Shown here piece after piece: positions 1 through 14,296 of a stretch of 64,000 nt of DNA (the first letter of the stretch is position 1; every line of letters starts with the position of its first letter). The stretch is taken from NCBI GenBank assembly GCA_965178125.1, contig OZ237758.1:744001-808000 (forward strand). Direction: 5' to 3'. The position numbers were made by a program, and so were the translations under genes. This DNA is from Bilabrum cf. latius (taxonomy: Eukaryota). The notes below the pieces were generated by a model that ran no database searches, was not told the origin of the DNA, and worked only from the letters and a program-made list of their open reading frames with translations.

Positions 1-3000
1 GCAGGCCCGCCGTGCAGCACTCGCATCCTTCCGGAACTGCCTTCGCTGCTCCTTGGCAGGATCTTTGGGCTAGTTCTGCTCCTTCTACTTGGGCTCACTT
101 TTCTCCGGTGCCACCTTGCTTGACTTCTCCGAGCAGCAACAGGAGCAGCACAGCATCGACAGCAAGCAGGATGTCCAGCCCAAGTTCGGCTGGCTGTCTT
201 CGTCATCATCATTGTAGGTCTAGTGAATGTCCAAGGCACTCCCAGCGCTGTCATTCATGCCCGAGTTGCTGGAATCGCTGGATATGAAGGCGTCAACACC
301 AGCACCAGCAGTAGAGGCTACAGTGTCCATTTGAGGAGTGGGGGCGTTCAGGGCATCGTGACGGCTGCCTGCCCTCGGACTTGCCTGCACTGGCCAAGCA
401 CCGCGGGTCGAAGCATCGCGATTGGAATCCGCTCCAGGTCCCTTCTTGAGTATGCTCCTCGTGGACCTCTGCAACGTATCATCCCTGTGCCTGCTCTGCG
501 CGCTCATCCTACGTCTCCTGGTGGCAGCCAGGTCCCTCTCTGCTCTCTCCGTCACGATCGTGCCCGTGTCCTCGATCACCCGGATCGTGCGGCGGCCGTC
601 TGCCACAGTGGGCCTATAGGTGGCGCTACCACCCTCAGCTTCACCCCCCTCGTTCGATGTGGTAGACCCTTGCCTCGTGAGACTCATGGAACTTTGTGGA
701 GCAGGCGCATTGGGTGCACTTGGCTAGCCAGACCCACTATCGCCGTTCAACGGATCCTTCATTCCGTTTGCGTCACGGCCTGCGACTGGCACACTCGTGG
801 CAATCGATGCCCGGCGGGTGCGCCGCGGGGAGGCCCAAGAGTCTCCGGCAGAGTCTGCACCAGCCGCCATCTGCTCCCCGCCTGCGTCGTCCTTGCCCAG
901 CACCAGCCCAGTCATGGACCAACGCCGCTGCCTCCTCGGCTGACCCAGTCGACGCGACGACAGCTGCGAGGCGATGAAGCGGCCCGCCTTCGCGCTCACC
1001 TGCTGCGTCTTGCCCTCGCCCTCCTCTCGCACTCGGGACAGGTTGATGCGCAACGGAGGCTCAGGCGGATCCTTGCTCGCGTCCAGAGACTTGGGGGCGC
1101 GCCGAGCCAGCCTGGCTGCCTGCACTGGCCTGAGTACTGCCACCTGCACGTCAATACTACTACCAGATCCGGCAAATCGGATGGCATTGGCAAGGTAGTT
1201 CCTCACGCACTGCGCCAGCCTCTGTGTGTCGGCCACCACGGGTGGCACTTCCTCAAGGGCCTGCAGTCCGTCGTCATCGTACGCTGCTTTGCCCTCATCA
1301 ACAAGATCATACCCATCCTCTCGATCACTCAGCGACTCAGAGCCCTCTGTACCCAATGCCTCGTCTAGACCAGTGGCCACCTGCACCAGCGATGGACCCT
1401 GCGTGCCCTGCTTGCCATCTTCCTCAATTCCTGCAGCTGCATTCCGCGTGCTTGTGGCACGCACAAATTCGAGCGCTTCCGGCGGCAGCTCCCCATTCTC
1501 CAGCATCGCTCGTTTCTCGGCCAGCGACCGGGTCCGCTCATGCTGCTCCCTGCAGTCGTAGAACGACAGACGCATCGTCACGCCGCCCTCCTCGGCCTGG
1601 TGGATCAGCGTCACCAACGCAGAACGAATCGAGGATGCCAGCGTGCAAGGCCTCATCTTCAGCTGCAGACCCTGCGCCTCGATCTGAGCCATCAGCAGCA
1701 CGTCCGTGATGATGTGGTGCATCGCCACGCTGCTGGACCGCATGATGCGCACAGTAGACTCCATCTCCTCGCGGGCTTCCTCGATGGATGCCTGGTCCAA
1801 CCCCTCGCCCTGCTGCTGGCTCTCTACCATCTGCTGCTGCAGCTCCACCAGAGTCTCGTCCATCTGGTCCAGGCCCATGACCACGGAGGCGAAGGGCTGC
1901 TTGAGCTCGTGCAGGACGTACCGGGTGCGGGTCACGTGCCTCTCATTCTGTTCTTGCTCCATCTGCACCTTTGCGTTTATGGTTCGAATGGCCTCTGCCT
2001 CAGCTGTACGCTGCTCGACATAGGCCGTCACCAGGTACCAGACGAGAGCAATCACAACAAGTATTGCCAGTAGGAGACCTGCGATGAGGCCCCAAGGAAA
2101 CGGGGTCGGTTTGGGTGCCTTACCCCATGTGCCGGAGAGGGCCACTGTGGCTGGGCTCATTAGGCAGTTGTATCCAGATGCCCTTATGGGTCGCCGTAAG
2201 TGAACAAGCTGGCTTCCATCCAACTTGGGCTATTTGCTTGCCACTCTTATTATATCTGCCCTTGCACCGCCTAGTGAGTTGTCCGTCCCCGTTGACACTG
2301 TTCCGGCAATGCTCTCTGGCAGAGAGCCATCGGCATTGGCAAGTCCCAGTCCTGAGACATCCGCTTCTACTCCAGCCCCAATGTCCAGCGTTTTTTCGAT
2401 AGCATCAGTGCCAACGCCACGACTCGCACCTGACAAAACACTTTGCTACTCCAACAAGCTCAGAATATCGCTTTGTTCATCCGTGGTGGATGTAAAGACG
2501 ATTCGAAGCTCCCTTGGATTGACCCAGAACGAGATGTGCTTGCCTGGCAGCGGCGGGTCAAACTCGATCACGTCCTAACCAGCAACGCTCGACAGTGGCA
2601 GCATGTCCGAGGGCCGCGTCTGGTTGGAGCTGTCGCTGCTGCTGGCGATACTGATGTCTGGCATCGCCGTATCGCCGTCAAACCGCAGCGTGATACTATC
2701 GCCAGCATTGAAACCAGCATTGCCACCTTCACCGCTAGCCTCTGCACTGACTAGGCGAGGACAGCTTCTGACTGCGACGATGATCTGAATTCCAATCCTT
2801 GTGCTCTCGGGCGTGATGAGCTCGCAGGTCATGTCTTTGCACGCCTGGTCTCTCAAACCGTAGGCAGTCAAAGTCACGCTGCTTACTACAGTACGGCCCT
2901 CATCGTCAGTCACTGGTGGAGTGAAATCATAGCATGTCCCCATGCTACTTGTATACCCCAAATATCCTGAAAATGCGCCCGCGTGGTCCCACACTCGCAC

Positions 3001-6000
3001 GGTGTCATCCAGGGCTACATTTAGTCGAGACGCTAAAGGCCTCGGTGGGCCAGCTACCCGTCCAAATATGGCCAAGTATGGATTTGAAGACCCCGCCAGC
3101 GAGTCACCCCCTGCCAAATCTCGCAGCATTTGCTCCAAAGTCGTGGACACCACGTTCGATGCATCAGCGATCTCAATTGTCCCACGGCCGGGGCCTAGCT
3201 AGACGTCACCAAGCAATTGTGTCCCGACCAAAAAAGTCACGGCGTTAATGTCGGTATAGTCCCCAGCAGTTTGGAACGCATTTTGGGGAAGCTGGTACTA
3301 GTTCACACCCAAGGTAGGGTCGATCGAAGTCTCGTCGGTTCCTCCGCCTTCCACGCTCTGGACGGGGATGCAGATCCGAGTGGTCCGATTGGCTGGAATG
3401 ATCACGGATGGAGCCTCAATCGCAACCTTCGGAAATTTGCTGGGAACCCATTTCGCGCCGTAATGAAACGATGCGGACAATGCGTCGAGTGGAAACACGG
3501 GCGGCACGCCTCGCGACAATGAAGAGCTAGGAATGACTTCCCTTGCGTCTTGAAGTGTGCTACTGCGGTACGAAGCCAGCCGTTCCTAGATGCCACCATC
3601 GGGCATGGGTCGCAGCAGCTAGAAACCCCACTCAGTTACATAACCGAAGGACCGTGCGCGCTCAAGGGAATTTCGAAGCAGCTGTTTAAACAGGAGAGGC
3701 AACCTATCATCACTAGCATCAACATCACCCGCAGTCACCTCAGACCGCGTTTCTCTCAGCTGCTACACGAGCAGATCTGACCTGCCCGCTGGTGACCTGC
3801 CGTCGCTTGTTGTTCGAAGAGATATACTAACATCAGTGGGCAGGTTGACGCTGCCCTCGTCCCACCTCCCTGGGCTGCTCTCGTTGATCCACTGCCTGAG
3901 TGACCGCTGCATGCCAGTCCAGCCAAGGTGCTCCACCGGTGGATCGGCTACTCTGCCCATGGCTTCGTCGAACGCGCTCCGGAATGGACTGTTCGCAAGT
4001 AGGGACGCGAGGCTTCCGCTCTCTGCGAACGACGGCGAGTCGTCAAAGTTGAGCACTGTGAGCATGCGCGACGGTACGCGGTTCTCCGCGAGAGCTTGCG
4101 TCCAACCTTGTTCCGCTGCTCTACTATCGGACGGTTCGGCTGCCGCGCAGTCCGCCGGATTTCCATTCCGAAGTATGCCACATCTGGTTGCGTTGGCGAA
4201 GTCAAGCGGGTGCGAATAATACTGCGCTAGCACAGGCAAACCCCTCATTTCTGCTCGGATTTGAGAGTCTGGCACCACGCCAGCATGCATCCTAACGTCG
4301 TCCACTAGGCCTCTGAAGCCTGCCTATGGCTGATAGTCATCCTTGGATACCTCTGCGCCCAAGATCCACGGCAGGCCACGGGACAGCTCCGTGGCTAGGC
4401 GGCCGCCCTCCCAGCTGGTGTAGGGCAAAACGTGGCAGGAACTGACCTGGCCATTCAGCAGCATCTTCAGCAGGACAACATCGAAGCCACGCGAGAATGC
4501 CGAGGATGAGCCCGGGTGTACGGTCGACAAATGTATTGTTCCACACTCTCGTCTTGTTAGCACATCTGCAAAGCTCGGGACCGAAGATACTACCGAAGGC
4601 GTGTAACGCTACAAAACATCTACAGATATCGCCAAGTGCAGCTTTACTCCAGCCACCCCGGCAACGCTACCCTGAGCTGTTGGACTACCTTGGTCTACTT
4701 GTCCCGGTACAGCCACAGGCACCATAGATCGTCCTAGCTGAGCAGTGAGGCACGCAGACACCCCTTCAGGGCATGCACCCGGTGACGCGCTCAATCTGAG
4801 CGCAAATACAACGTCTCCAACGGCGCTCTGCTTGGCAAAAATCGTCTGCGTGGAGCTGGCGTGGAACGGCTGGATCCAGGCCTGCAAGGTGAACCCAGTC
4901 ACGATCCGGAAGGAGGGCAGCACCACATGGGAGCGAGCCCCGTCGAGCTGCACTGCCCCGTTCATGCCAGCCCGAGGAATATCTAAAGCGCGGGGCATCT
5001 GCGTCACCATAGAAGATATTGGTTCTCGTTGCACGGTGGACCGATCGAATCCAGCAGGCAGGGACACGTTCAGTCCCATCCACTCGGGGGCACAAGCGCC
5101 GGGGATGGCAGAGGAGCACTCCTGCAGCACGAGGCCAGCGCTTGCCTACAGGGCCAGGGGGTCAGGGTCCAGTCTGCCGAATTCAAAGTCAGCCTCGTCC
5201 CAGCTGGAACTGCCTGCATTAACGGCATCGGTGTCGATGACAGCAATCAAGAAGGGGTTGTCTGGCAGCAGCACGGCAGGTGGTGGTCCTACTTCGCGCC
5301 ACAGGCCTTTCTGTTGCATCCACCGTGCAACTCGAACGAAAGCTTGCTGTTTCAGTTGCCAGCTCAGAGACTTGCCGAAATCTCGAAGAGTCGGTGATTC
5401 GCAAGAGTAGTACCCCGGGTCACCGACAGCTGCAATCGCGGTTGCGATGGTTTGCAGTGCTTCGATCTAACCCGGCAGCAAGTCCTAAGAGGACGTCAGC
5501 AGATCGATAAACCCATTGCTCGTATCATGCAAGAACTCTGTTGTCGAATGAAACAGATCGCTTGCCGCCAGATCTCGCAGGTCTATTCCAACTTTTGCCG
5601 GTGATGCCCCTGCTCGGATCTGTGCGCTGGCAGCCGCCACAGCTGCGGCTGCATCATCTGCTGCCACCTAAAATAGCTTCAACCCACCCGGAGACGAGAG
5701 TAAGTGCAAGATCTTCTTGGGCCCGTACCCCTCGATTTCACTGCCAACTGCGCAGAGCACCGACCTGCTAATCCCCTTGGTCGTTGATGAAATGTATGCA
5801 CGCGTGCTCTGCGGCAAGCTGCCAGACACCATGCGCACCGCCTGATCAAGAAGCGCCACATCAAGCTTGGCGACGAGATCTTCGAAATAAGGCTAGGCAG
5901 CTATCGCGGCTTCGTTTACTCTCGGCATCCCGTCGGTTGTGTTGTATCCGTGCACACCATCCTCTCTGTTCAGCCTCAGCGTCTCAAACATGTCATGCAC

Positions 6001-8226
6001 CGCGAGACTGCCTGATCGTGCCCGGTCCTGGACGGCTACACCGCCCCTTCCTGGCACTGAACTTGCAACCAGACCCGTGAGTTGAGTTTGATAGTCTCCA
6101 CCTGACGTCATGATGCGCAAGGGTGGCTCGATGGGCCCTCCAGCTGGACGTCTGCGAGCAGATGACTGTGCGTCTAGTGTGCCGTACTGCCGATTGGCGA
6201 GGTAGTCCGCCACTTGTGGACCCAGCTCATCTTGCTCGCCCACAGCTATTACTCGTGGCGCATGTGCAACTGACACACTGCCTGACCTGGACCACGCGCC
6301 TTGCGTGGCCTGCATATAGTCGACGGGAAGCGCTTTGCTCCCGAGGGCAGTAAGCTGGCCGGTGCTGTTCCAAGCAGCTGGCAACACCCGAGATGCACAA
6401 ATCGAGTCGCGCAACGACTCCATTTCACTGTCTATCAGCGACATCCCACCCCTGTTCAGCCCCTCCCACCAGCCTACAGAGCTGTTCCGATCCGACCCAT
6501 TGACTGGCATGCCAGCCGAAGGATGCAGCCAAAGTCCTACCGCAGCCGGTGCGTCCGAGACAATTAGATCTCCCACGCCCTACGAAAAACTGAATGCCTT
6601 GGTCAGCCCGGGGCACACGCTCACAGCTGCGAGGCTGACATTCACCGCACCAGCACCAAGACCATCCAAACGCAGTGAAAAGTCGAGGACAGCCAGCAAG
6701 TGAGGCGAGGCGCCCTGTCCGTCGATGCGATCACCAAGCAAATACTAGACAGCAGCAGACTGGAATGCAGCTTCATCCCCACCCTCTGTCACAGCCAGCC
6801 TGCCAGCCTCCATCGCCGACCCGTACGCATCCAGCAGATCCCCCACCCTGCAAGCAGGCGGGAATCGGGCCTCCACCGCGGCTCTCTCTCTGGCACTCAG
6901 CAATGAGGGACAGAAACCAACGGGGCGGCTGTGGTAGGCATCCAACGAATCCAGGCTGGCCAGTCCCCTGACCCTCTCTTTCACGGCCACTGCTGTATAC
7001 CCCGGCATGGGTCTCCTGGCGTGCTGTCTCATGCGAGCCCTCCTCCACGGCGTCAGGTCGGTGCCGGGGAGGATGAACCGGGATGGGGTGCGCAGGGGGG
7101 GCGCGAGCAGGGCTGGCGTCAGTGCCCTGTCATTCATCCTGGTGCCCTTGTTCCCTGGCGGCCTGGCCATGGCCCTGAGTGCCTCGGGGACTGCTGCTAG
7201 CCTGTGCGACTCCTCCGCCTCCACGGCCTGTCGGATCGAGGGATGCAGCGAGTCGCCCATCCGGGCAGTGGTGCGCATGGAGCCCCTGTACACGTCCATC
7301 ATAGATACATTCTGAGGATGGTACGCCCACAAGCGCACCTCGTCCAGAACCCCGCACTCCATGAAGCCGGATACCTGGCTGCCGGCCGCTCTCTGGCCGC
7401 CTAGAATCCACTGCCGGGACTCGTGTGGCAATGGAAGATCGGCGCGCGAGCTCCGAGTCGCGATTAGCCCCTGGCACTAGGACTGAGTGAGAAACGATCG
7501 TGCGACCACGATGCCGTCCACTGCGACCTGGGCCACTCCGCAGCTCTCTAGCATGCTTCTGTCAAATACCCGAGTACCATTCGGGCTGAGAAGCATCTCT
7601 TCGCGAACAGCAGGGTTGGATGGCATTATACTTATTGACGCGGCAATATGTACGTTTCGTGTCCTCGCAATATATGCAATCGGTGCAGTTTCGACAGACA
7701 TACTTGCGCCAATTCCTCGTGATCCAAGCGGTCCTTGCTCTGCACTGACGGGAAAGTACTACCACATGAATCGAATGGTTAAATTACTCTGCCGAATTGA
7801 TACTGTATCCGGCGATTCGCCTCTGCGCCATAGTCGAAACGCAGAGCTGTACTTGCTCTCAGAGTACTCAGGCCGGTTGGCCCCTTCCACCAATGCAACT
7901 GATACCTGATGCAATCTAGAGACTGACTGAGACGATATGATGTAATTGATCTGCGGCTCGGAGCGGCCTGATAAAGAGGCATCCTGCAAGCCGAACCTAT
8001 CGCATAATTGTGTCCAAGTCTCCAGCAAGAAGCCGAGCGGCCTAACTTGAAACTACTCGGCGAACTCAGCCCACCGCCCAACATGAACGTTTAAAGCATT
8101 ATCAGATGATCCAGTAATAGGAGCCTTGTACGGCAGACCGCGTGTGGTGCATGCCAACACTAACGCAAATACCACCGATGCAGAACCAAGCCTTCGAAGC
8201 GCTCCGGTGGTAATTGACCCTATCAT
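1..8226 (-). CDS. Giant single-pass membrane sensor histidine kinase (signal peptide, LamG/ConA-like ectodomain, TM, HisKA, start of HATPase); runs off left edge; 24 in-frame TAG
   Basis: ORFs 220-687, 724-2223, 2230-2436, 2575-3153 ... 7759-8028 share one frame and are separated only by TAG. The nearest upstream TGA is at 8299. ATG at 8226 gives the hydrophobic leader MIGSITTGALRRLGSASVVFALVLAC. LamG-like motifs: AVQLDGARSHVVLP..FTLQAWIQP, GVLDEVRLW, GLVDDVRMH. TM: WGLIAGLLLAILVVIALVWYLV. H-box RYVLHELKQPF; N-box ADTQRLAQCVRNYLANAIRFA. Confidence 0.85.
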
Positions 8227-8386
8227 GGGTCTGGATGAAACCCCTCCTTCTAATCCAACTATCTAGGCTGAAAGGAGTGTTGTTTTTCTATCACCACCTC
8301 AGATTGAAATGCGTCGAACTTCCGCTAGACTGGTCTTCATCTTCAATTTGGTCGGCCAAGCGCCGATGAATCCTTCATAGTCTGCT

Positions 8387-10271
8387 TCACAGCTTAGCCA
8401 CGCGATACACTCCATAGGCCGCAAGCCCGAGTACCCCTAGCGCTGCTAGCCCAGCTCCAGCAACGGTTGCAACCGGCCGCAACGGCCAATGAATCCTCCT
8501 GACCCTTGCCCCGTTCCCGCCGCCGGGCAGCTTGCGACGGTACTCTCTGAACATCCGAAGAGCGTGTTGGCCAGCCGGATGTGCTGCGCAAAGAATGAAA
8601 TGGGGAGAGCATTGTAAGGAGCTTGGGCGGCTTGTTTCGTATGTCTTGGCACTTTACAGAGTGCTTGGGCATGCTTCTGTTCGCATTCGTTGATGCACCA
8701 TACATGCGATGGAAACCCAATGCCATCAGAGTCTCTGTAGGCAGATGCATTCATGCATTCATGCAGACTGCCTTTGATCGCTCACCTCGCAGCATTAGCA
8801 CCTGCTCCCTCATCCGGTCGGGCACTTGCTCAGGGGCGGGGAGCCATGCGCCAGCCCCCATATCCGGCTGCGGACAAATGAGTATAGACGGGGAGATCGA
8901 ATGCAATGGCAAATACGAGTTTCACGGCGCTCGCAGCCGCCTTGGGTGCACCCATGCCTAGCACGAGTCGAGCCGACCATGTTTTCACGCAAGTACAAGC
9001 ACAAGGAGAGCACCGTGAGATTCTCACCCCAACGAGCAGCGCAGGCGCCGCGAGAGCCGCGAACGTGAGATCCGCAGCAGTGAAGTGCTTCCCCTCGGCA
9101 CCAGCAATGAATGGCCTCGTGGGAGCCGTCCATTCTCCCGACCGGACGGACCACTCATCCGCCTTGGGGAACACGTCCTTCTGTAGTTCCGGTTTACCCT
9201 CGACCGCACCCGTGGTGCACCTTGCAATGCCAGCGGCGGTATCAGCACCGCTAACAGAAACAGAGGGGGATATAGTGGCCCCTGCACCCATTGCTGTTCC
9301 CCGGCTCCGAGTCCGCACTCCCTCTCCACCGACAGTGCCATCCGAGTTCGACGAAGCTGATCCCACCGTGGCTGAAGCCCTCCCGGCGGTCATTGAGCTC
9401 CCAGATGCTTGATGGGGGCGGGTGGAGCCTCCTGCCTACCTTTCGTTTCCCTACTCTGCTGCTCCCCCTTCTCCTCTCCCTCCCCTTCCCTCCTCGCCGG
9501 CAACTCTCTTGCAGCCGAGCCTCTCTGCCACAAAGTCGAACTCTCGCTCCATGCGCACCAGATCGCGACCCACGGTATCAGAGCGGATGCGAAGGGCCTT
9601 CCTTATCAGGTTCGCGAAGGTTCCTCTGAAAGGCGTTACCAGGGCGCTCTGCCACAAGGGCGCATTCAGGACGATCATGTCACGAAGCAGGGCCATGTCT
9701 TGGAGCAGGTAATAGTACGCGAATCGCCGAGATGCTTGGCCCAGTACCCCTCCGAATCGTTCCTCCAATGCGATGACGTCCTGCTCGTCCTCCTCTGAGT
9801 TGCCGAACAATCCGCGCGACCCCAGCGGGACCCCGGCAACCGCGGCGTGCAGCCCCGGAGAAACTCCCCGTGGGGAATCATCGCCGCTCTTGGACTACTG
9901 GCGCTCCAATTCGAACTAAATTGCCATTCTTTCCGATGCATGCGCTACTATTTGGTTCGAAGACACCAGGTCGGTACCATCGTGGCACTCGAGTGCTGGC
10001 GTCGCAAACTTGGAAGACGCTGCAATGTATCAGAGGGCGTTGTTGGTGAAGGGAGTGCCATTTGAACAAATCAAAGTATCGGAAAATATCAACAGAAGTC
10101 CTCACTCTTGCTACCTTTGCCCGCAGTTCGTCGTGGGGCGAGGAAATGCAGCATGGGCAGGTAGCCTTCTTCGACATACTACAATCCAGCCAGTTCAAGC
10201 GCCCACCGCGCCTTATCCACAAAGTGCGAAAAACATATGGTGACAAGTTTCCCAGTGATTGCGTCCGACAT
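8387..10271 (-). CDS. Glutathione S-transferase-like protein with C-terminal hydrophobic anchor; 4 exons (10271-10115, 10019-9028, 8867-8786, 8583-8387); 5 in-frame TAG
   Basis: Spliced translation gives LVTICFSHFVDKARWALELAGL*YVEEGYLPMLH, TPALECHDGTDLVSSNQI, FTAADLTFAALAAP, LRAHPAGQHALRMFREYRR, then VATVAGAGLAALGVLGLAAYGVY and TGA. All three GT-AG introns keep phase. Confidence 0.85.
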
Positions 10272-10771
10272 CGTCTGGATTTTGTTCGAGTGACAATTTG
10301 CCGACAGCGAATGCTGCCGGTGTGATGAATGCTGCTCGCTGTATTTGAAGTTGAGTTGTTTGGAGGTGAAGGATGATGGTGCGCCATATTATGCTACATT
10401 CCTGGCTAACAATTCGTGTTGCTTCGCAGTGTGGTGCAGGGTCCTTGGCCTGGCAAGGGCAAGGCGCAGATTACACATTCCGAGGCCACAGCAACCCGGT
10501 TTAGAAGAAAATCCGGGATAAACTCAACATATGTGAGCTTATGCGGCACAATACAGATGATAAACGTTTGCTGTGGCGATGCACGAGTTTGGTGGCTGTC
10601 GAAACGTGAGGTTCCGCAAACAAAGAAACGCTACTTGTGAATGCGCGGCGTCACTGGACTGCGAGGCCAGTACAATTTGCAACGAAATTGCCAACTGGCA
10701 CCGCAGCTGCTTGCTGCTTTGCCCGGCACAAACGTTCGATCTCATATCTTTTCGTAGGATCCCGCTAAAGA

Positions 10772-12966
10772 ATGTCGACAATGACGACTGTGCAATCCAA
10801 AGTACGGCAGGCAAAAGAGATCCTGAGGACCAGCCTAGCTTCCGAGATGTAGGGCAAGTTTGACGTGCACCCCAGGTACATGCAGGCGATCCAAGGCGTG
10901 GATATTAAGACAGAGTATAGAAAGAAGGTCATCGTATGGGTTAAGAAGGTAAGTTTGGCTGCTTTTGCGAACAAATGACTCCGACTCGATTTCACGGACA
11001 GCCTGACAGATTCTTGTAGCCCCTCCTGTGCGCGTTTCTCGGCCTCGGTCAAGCCCACACGTTCTCCACGTTTTTTATTTCTAGCGTCTCAACATAATGC
11101 GTTATTGCAGCTGGCGGATCTCTTCAAGCTTTCAAAGGAGTGCGTAGCTGGGACTGTGTAGTACCTCGACAGGTTTCTGTCGCTTGTACGGTGCCGCCCG
11201 GGGCAGCTGCAGGTTGCAGCATTGGCCTGTATGTTGTTAGCTAACAAGTACATCGACCTTGGCCGGGTAGGAATCGTGAGAGTTTGTTTTTCGTTGTCTC
11301 AGTCCAGCTGGGTGATTTCGTGTGGTGCGACTACAAACCGGTGATTTGGCCCCAGGGACCGGCTCTGGCCCAAGTAAATCCGCTCAGGTTGTTCATGTTC
11401 AGTTTTTATTGAGTTCTGCTAGCCTAGTTATCTACCGTGACAAGCTTGGATGCGCCGATCTTTTTCTTGTGCTTGCACGTACCTGGACCATTCCACGTTG
11501 CTCGCCGCGCCATCCATACCTAGCGCAGAGGCATTTGTGTCGGCTTTTCGAGCGTGTCATCCCTTCCGAACACGTACGTAGTGCCGAGTTGATGATCCTC
11601 ATGAAATTGAACTGGGAGGCCCATGCGTTCACCCCGCTGGGCTGCCTGAACATTCTGAGCACGCTGGACGCGGGCAGGCGATTCGAGGAGAAAATTTGGC
11701 GCACTGCCGAAGAACTTATCGATTATGCCATGCTGAGTGAGACACTGGAACGGATTTGCTGCGTATATTCAGCCGAAGAGATTCGTCTCACGCCTCGCTG
11801 ACTCTGCGCATACCGCCACCGAATGGACCTCGCCCCGTTTTCCGTGCCGCAGACTACGAGTTCGTGGCGTACAGACCGTCTGCAGTGGCAGCTGCTTCTA
11901 TTAAAGTTGCATGCTAGCATCATGGCGCGTCGAGCAGGGAGATTGAGCGATTCCTTGATGAGCATGACGTGGGATACGAGGTGAGACGCATGACTTTACG
12001 GCCACTGTGCGTTCGGATGCACGGCGGCAGCAAACTGGATCCGAATCGGATTTGGCGATGATTCACGGAAAACCTTGGACACCGAAGCAGTACGCTGCAT
12101 TTGTAGCACCCGATTCGTGTTTTTTTCTATGCCGCGACTCTGTGACGCGCCAGCGGTGACTCGTCTAGCTCAGGCTTTGCGATGGAGCATACGCTGCATC
12201 GAGCTAGCAACCATGTTTATGAGCGAACATGCACTCTGCTCAATTCATATCGCAGCTACCCGACGCGCTGACGAGCAGCCTTAGGACGCAGCTGGTCTTC
12301 GCACACTGCGTCTCTCCCCAGCCTCTCGGCGAGGAGCCCGCCGCTGCGGGAGCGAGCAAGGCAAACGGCCCTGATATTGACGGCTCGGAGCGTTCTGCCG
12401 CGCCGAGCACGCCTCCCACGACTCGCGCGCGCCGCTTGAGCGAGCACGGCTCGTACGAGGAGGAGGGCGCTTGCTCCCAGGATTCCGTGGGGAGCGCTCT
12501 CAGCACCGGGACGTGTGACGAGTGCTGCAGGGGCGACGCCGCGCACAGAGGAGACCACGGGGCATCCGCTGCTTCCAACGCAGTTGTATCGAGCTGCTCT
12601 GCCTCGAGAGTGCCCGATCACGAGCAGCAGCAGCAGCAGGCGCAGGCGAAGGAAGCACATCTTCAAGGTGCTCGCCTCGCGCGCCACCCCGCGCGCCACC
12701 TGGTCGCGAGCTCCGCATGCTTCAGCGGAAAGGCTCTCGAGGCCGACGGAGCCGCGGACTGCTCTGCGATCACTGCCGGTTCCGGGGCGGAGTCCGCCCT
12801 GTAGAGCCGTTCCACGGCCGAGTTCTCCGCCGACATCGACATGCACAGGGAGCACGCGCCAAGCGGACCCTCGAAGGAATTCGTAGCTGCTGGGGGAGCG
12901 AGCGAGCGCGGAGCAAGTGCTCGGATGGGTTCGGGCGAGGTGCTCGTCGCCGTGACCTGTCACTGA
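10772..12966 (+). CDS. Cyclin (N- and C-terminal cyclin folds, low-complexity tail); 5 exons (10772-10948, 11111-11275, 11529-11736, 11853-11980, 12256-12966); 4 in-frame TAG
   Basis: Cyclin-box motifs YMQAIQGVDIKTEYRKKVIVW, GTV*YLDRFLS, LQVAALACMLLANK, ELMILMKLNWE, FVAYRPSAVAAASI. Phase-consistent GT-AG introns; ends TGA at 12964. The last acceptor is less certain. Confidence 0.85.
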
Positions 12967-14296
12967 TACAGGGCACTGCGGTGCCCTGCTCCGGGGAACA
13001 GTGCTGGAGAGTCAAGGGATTTAGATCTCGGCTCGGGGTTTACGTCTGCGGTTGAGGATGGTGACACGGCGGTCGGCTGCTTGGAGCGGCAGACTGCTGT
13101 GTTCCCCTGCCGCACGGGCACCCCAAGGGAGACTGCTCTTCTTTGGTTTCTTCCGGCTTTTTCTTCGGCTAGTCATAGGAATTGGGACTGGACAAGGGAC
13201 AGCGCACGGCGCCTGTGTTCGCACTCGCCACGCGACCCATGCGAGCTCCGTGTCTCTTTGTAGGAGACACGGCTGACTTGCGGGCCTTCGTGTGGCTTTT
13301 GAGGCGAATGCATGTGCTCTAACGCTTGCTCTATGGTCAAGTTCTCGTCGGCGACAGCGTGGCAAAACCAGGCATCTCGTAGCGAGCAGCCGTCCGGCAT
13401 TTGGTTGTGGCGGCGGCGGCTTACAGGATTGCTGGTTGTCTGGGGGCACCGCAATTCAATTGCGGTGTCCCACGCTTTGGTCGACTCTTTTGTTAGGTAC
13501 ATTTTTGGATTTCGATGCGATAGGCATTGGAGGTAGTTTTGGTTCGTTCGCGGCGGTGGATGGCTGGCAGCGGCTTTGAAGCAAGCCTCTCTTTTGCGAC
13601 ATGACGCGCGTCTTCTGCCTTGGCGGCAGTTCGATGAGCGCGCAGTTGCAGGGTGGCTTCGTCCAGCCGCATGCCTCGCCTCCTGTTGCGGATGGGCTCG
13701 AGCGAGCGAGCGAGCGCCTGCACTCGGTGTGTGGGACGGTGTTTGAGGCGGGGGGATTGCTCGCGTCGCTCTTGGTTCGCGAAGCATTTGGCACGATGCT
13801 CGTTGTTTTGGATAGGTACACGGCCCGACTTGGGACGTTGTTTCGTATGTGGCTAGGGAACGTGAGGGACTTGTTGTTCCGGTTTGTGGGAAGTGGCACG
13901 ATGCTCTGTGCGGCTTGCTGATTGCTCTGGCCCGCTTCCGTGAGGATGCGGAGACGCTCGCTTTGGCAGCATCTTGGAGATGCCTGTTTGCCATCGTGCG
14001 AGTGCAGCCGAGCTCGAAGCTGCCCGGCGTGCAGCTCTTTCTGCTTCATGATCGCCTGTGCGGGAGCCCATCGGAGTGCTTGGAGCCTCTGTTGGACGCA
14101 TACTTGCCAGGAACTCTGAAGTGTGAGGAGCGTTGCGGCCGTCTGCGAAGCGTTTGTATATTCGGGACCTAACGCGCTTGGAGCGCATCGGGCCGACTGC
14201 TGCCTTCCAGTTGCGGCCGTCGTATTTGCCACAGTCTGTGTGAACGATGAGATGTCTCTTTGATTGGGAAAGATACGAATTTTGAAGCTTTCGTTT

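Noticed and set aside
724-2223. Bacterial origin or contamination suggested by the histidine kinase
   Set aside because: It is contiguous with intron-containing eukaryotic genes and uses the same TAG code.
12967-14296. ORFs 13456-14382 (308 aa) and 13173-13994 (273 aa) on the minus strand
   Set aside because: No recognisable domain or typical codon pattern; the G/T-rich plus strand looks like a long cyclin 3' UTR or intergenic DNA.
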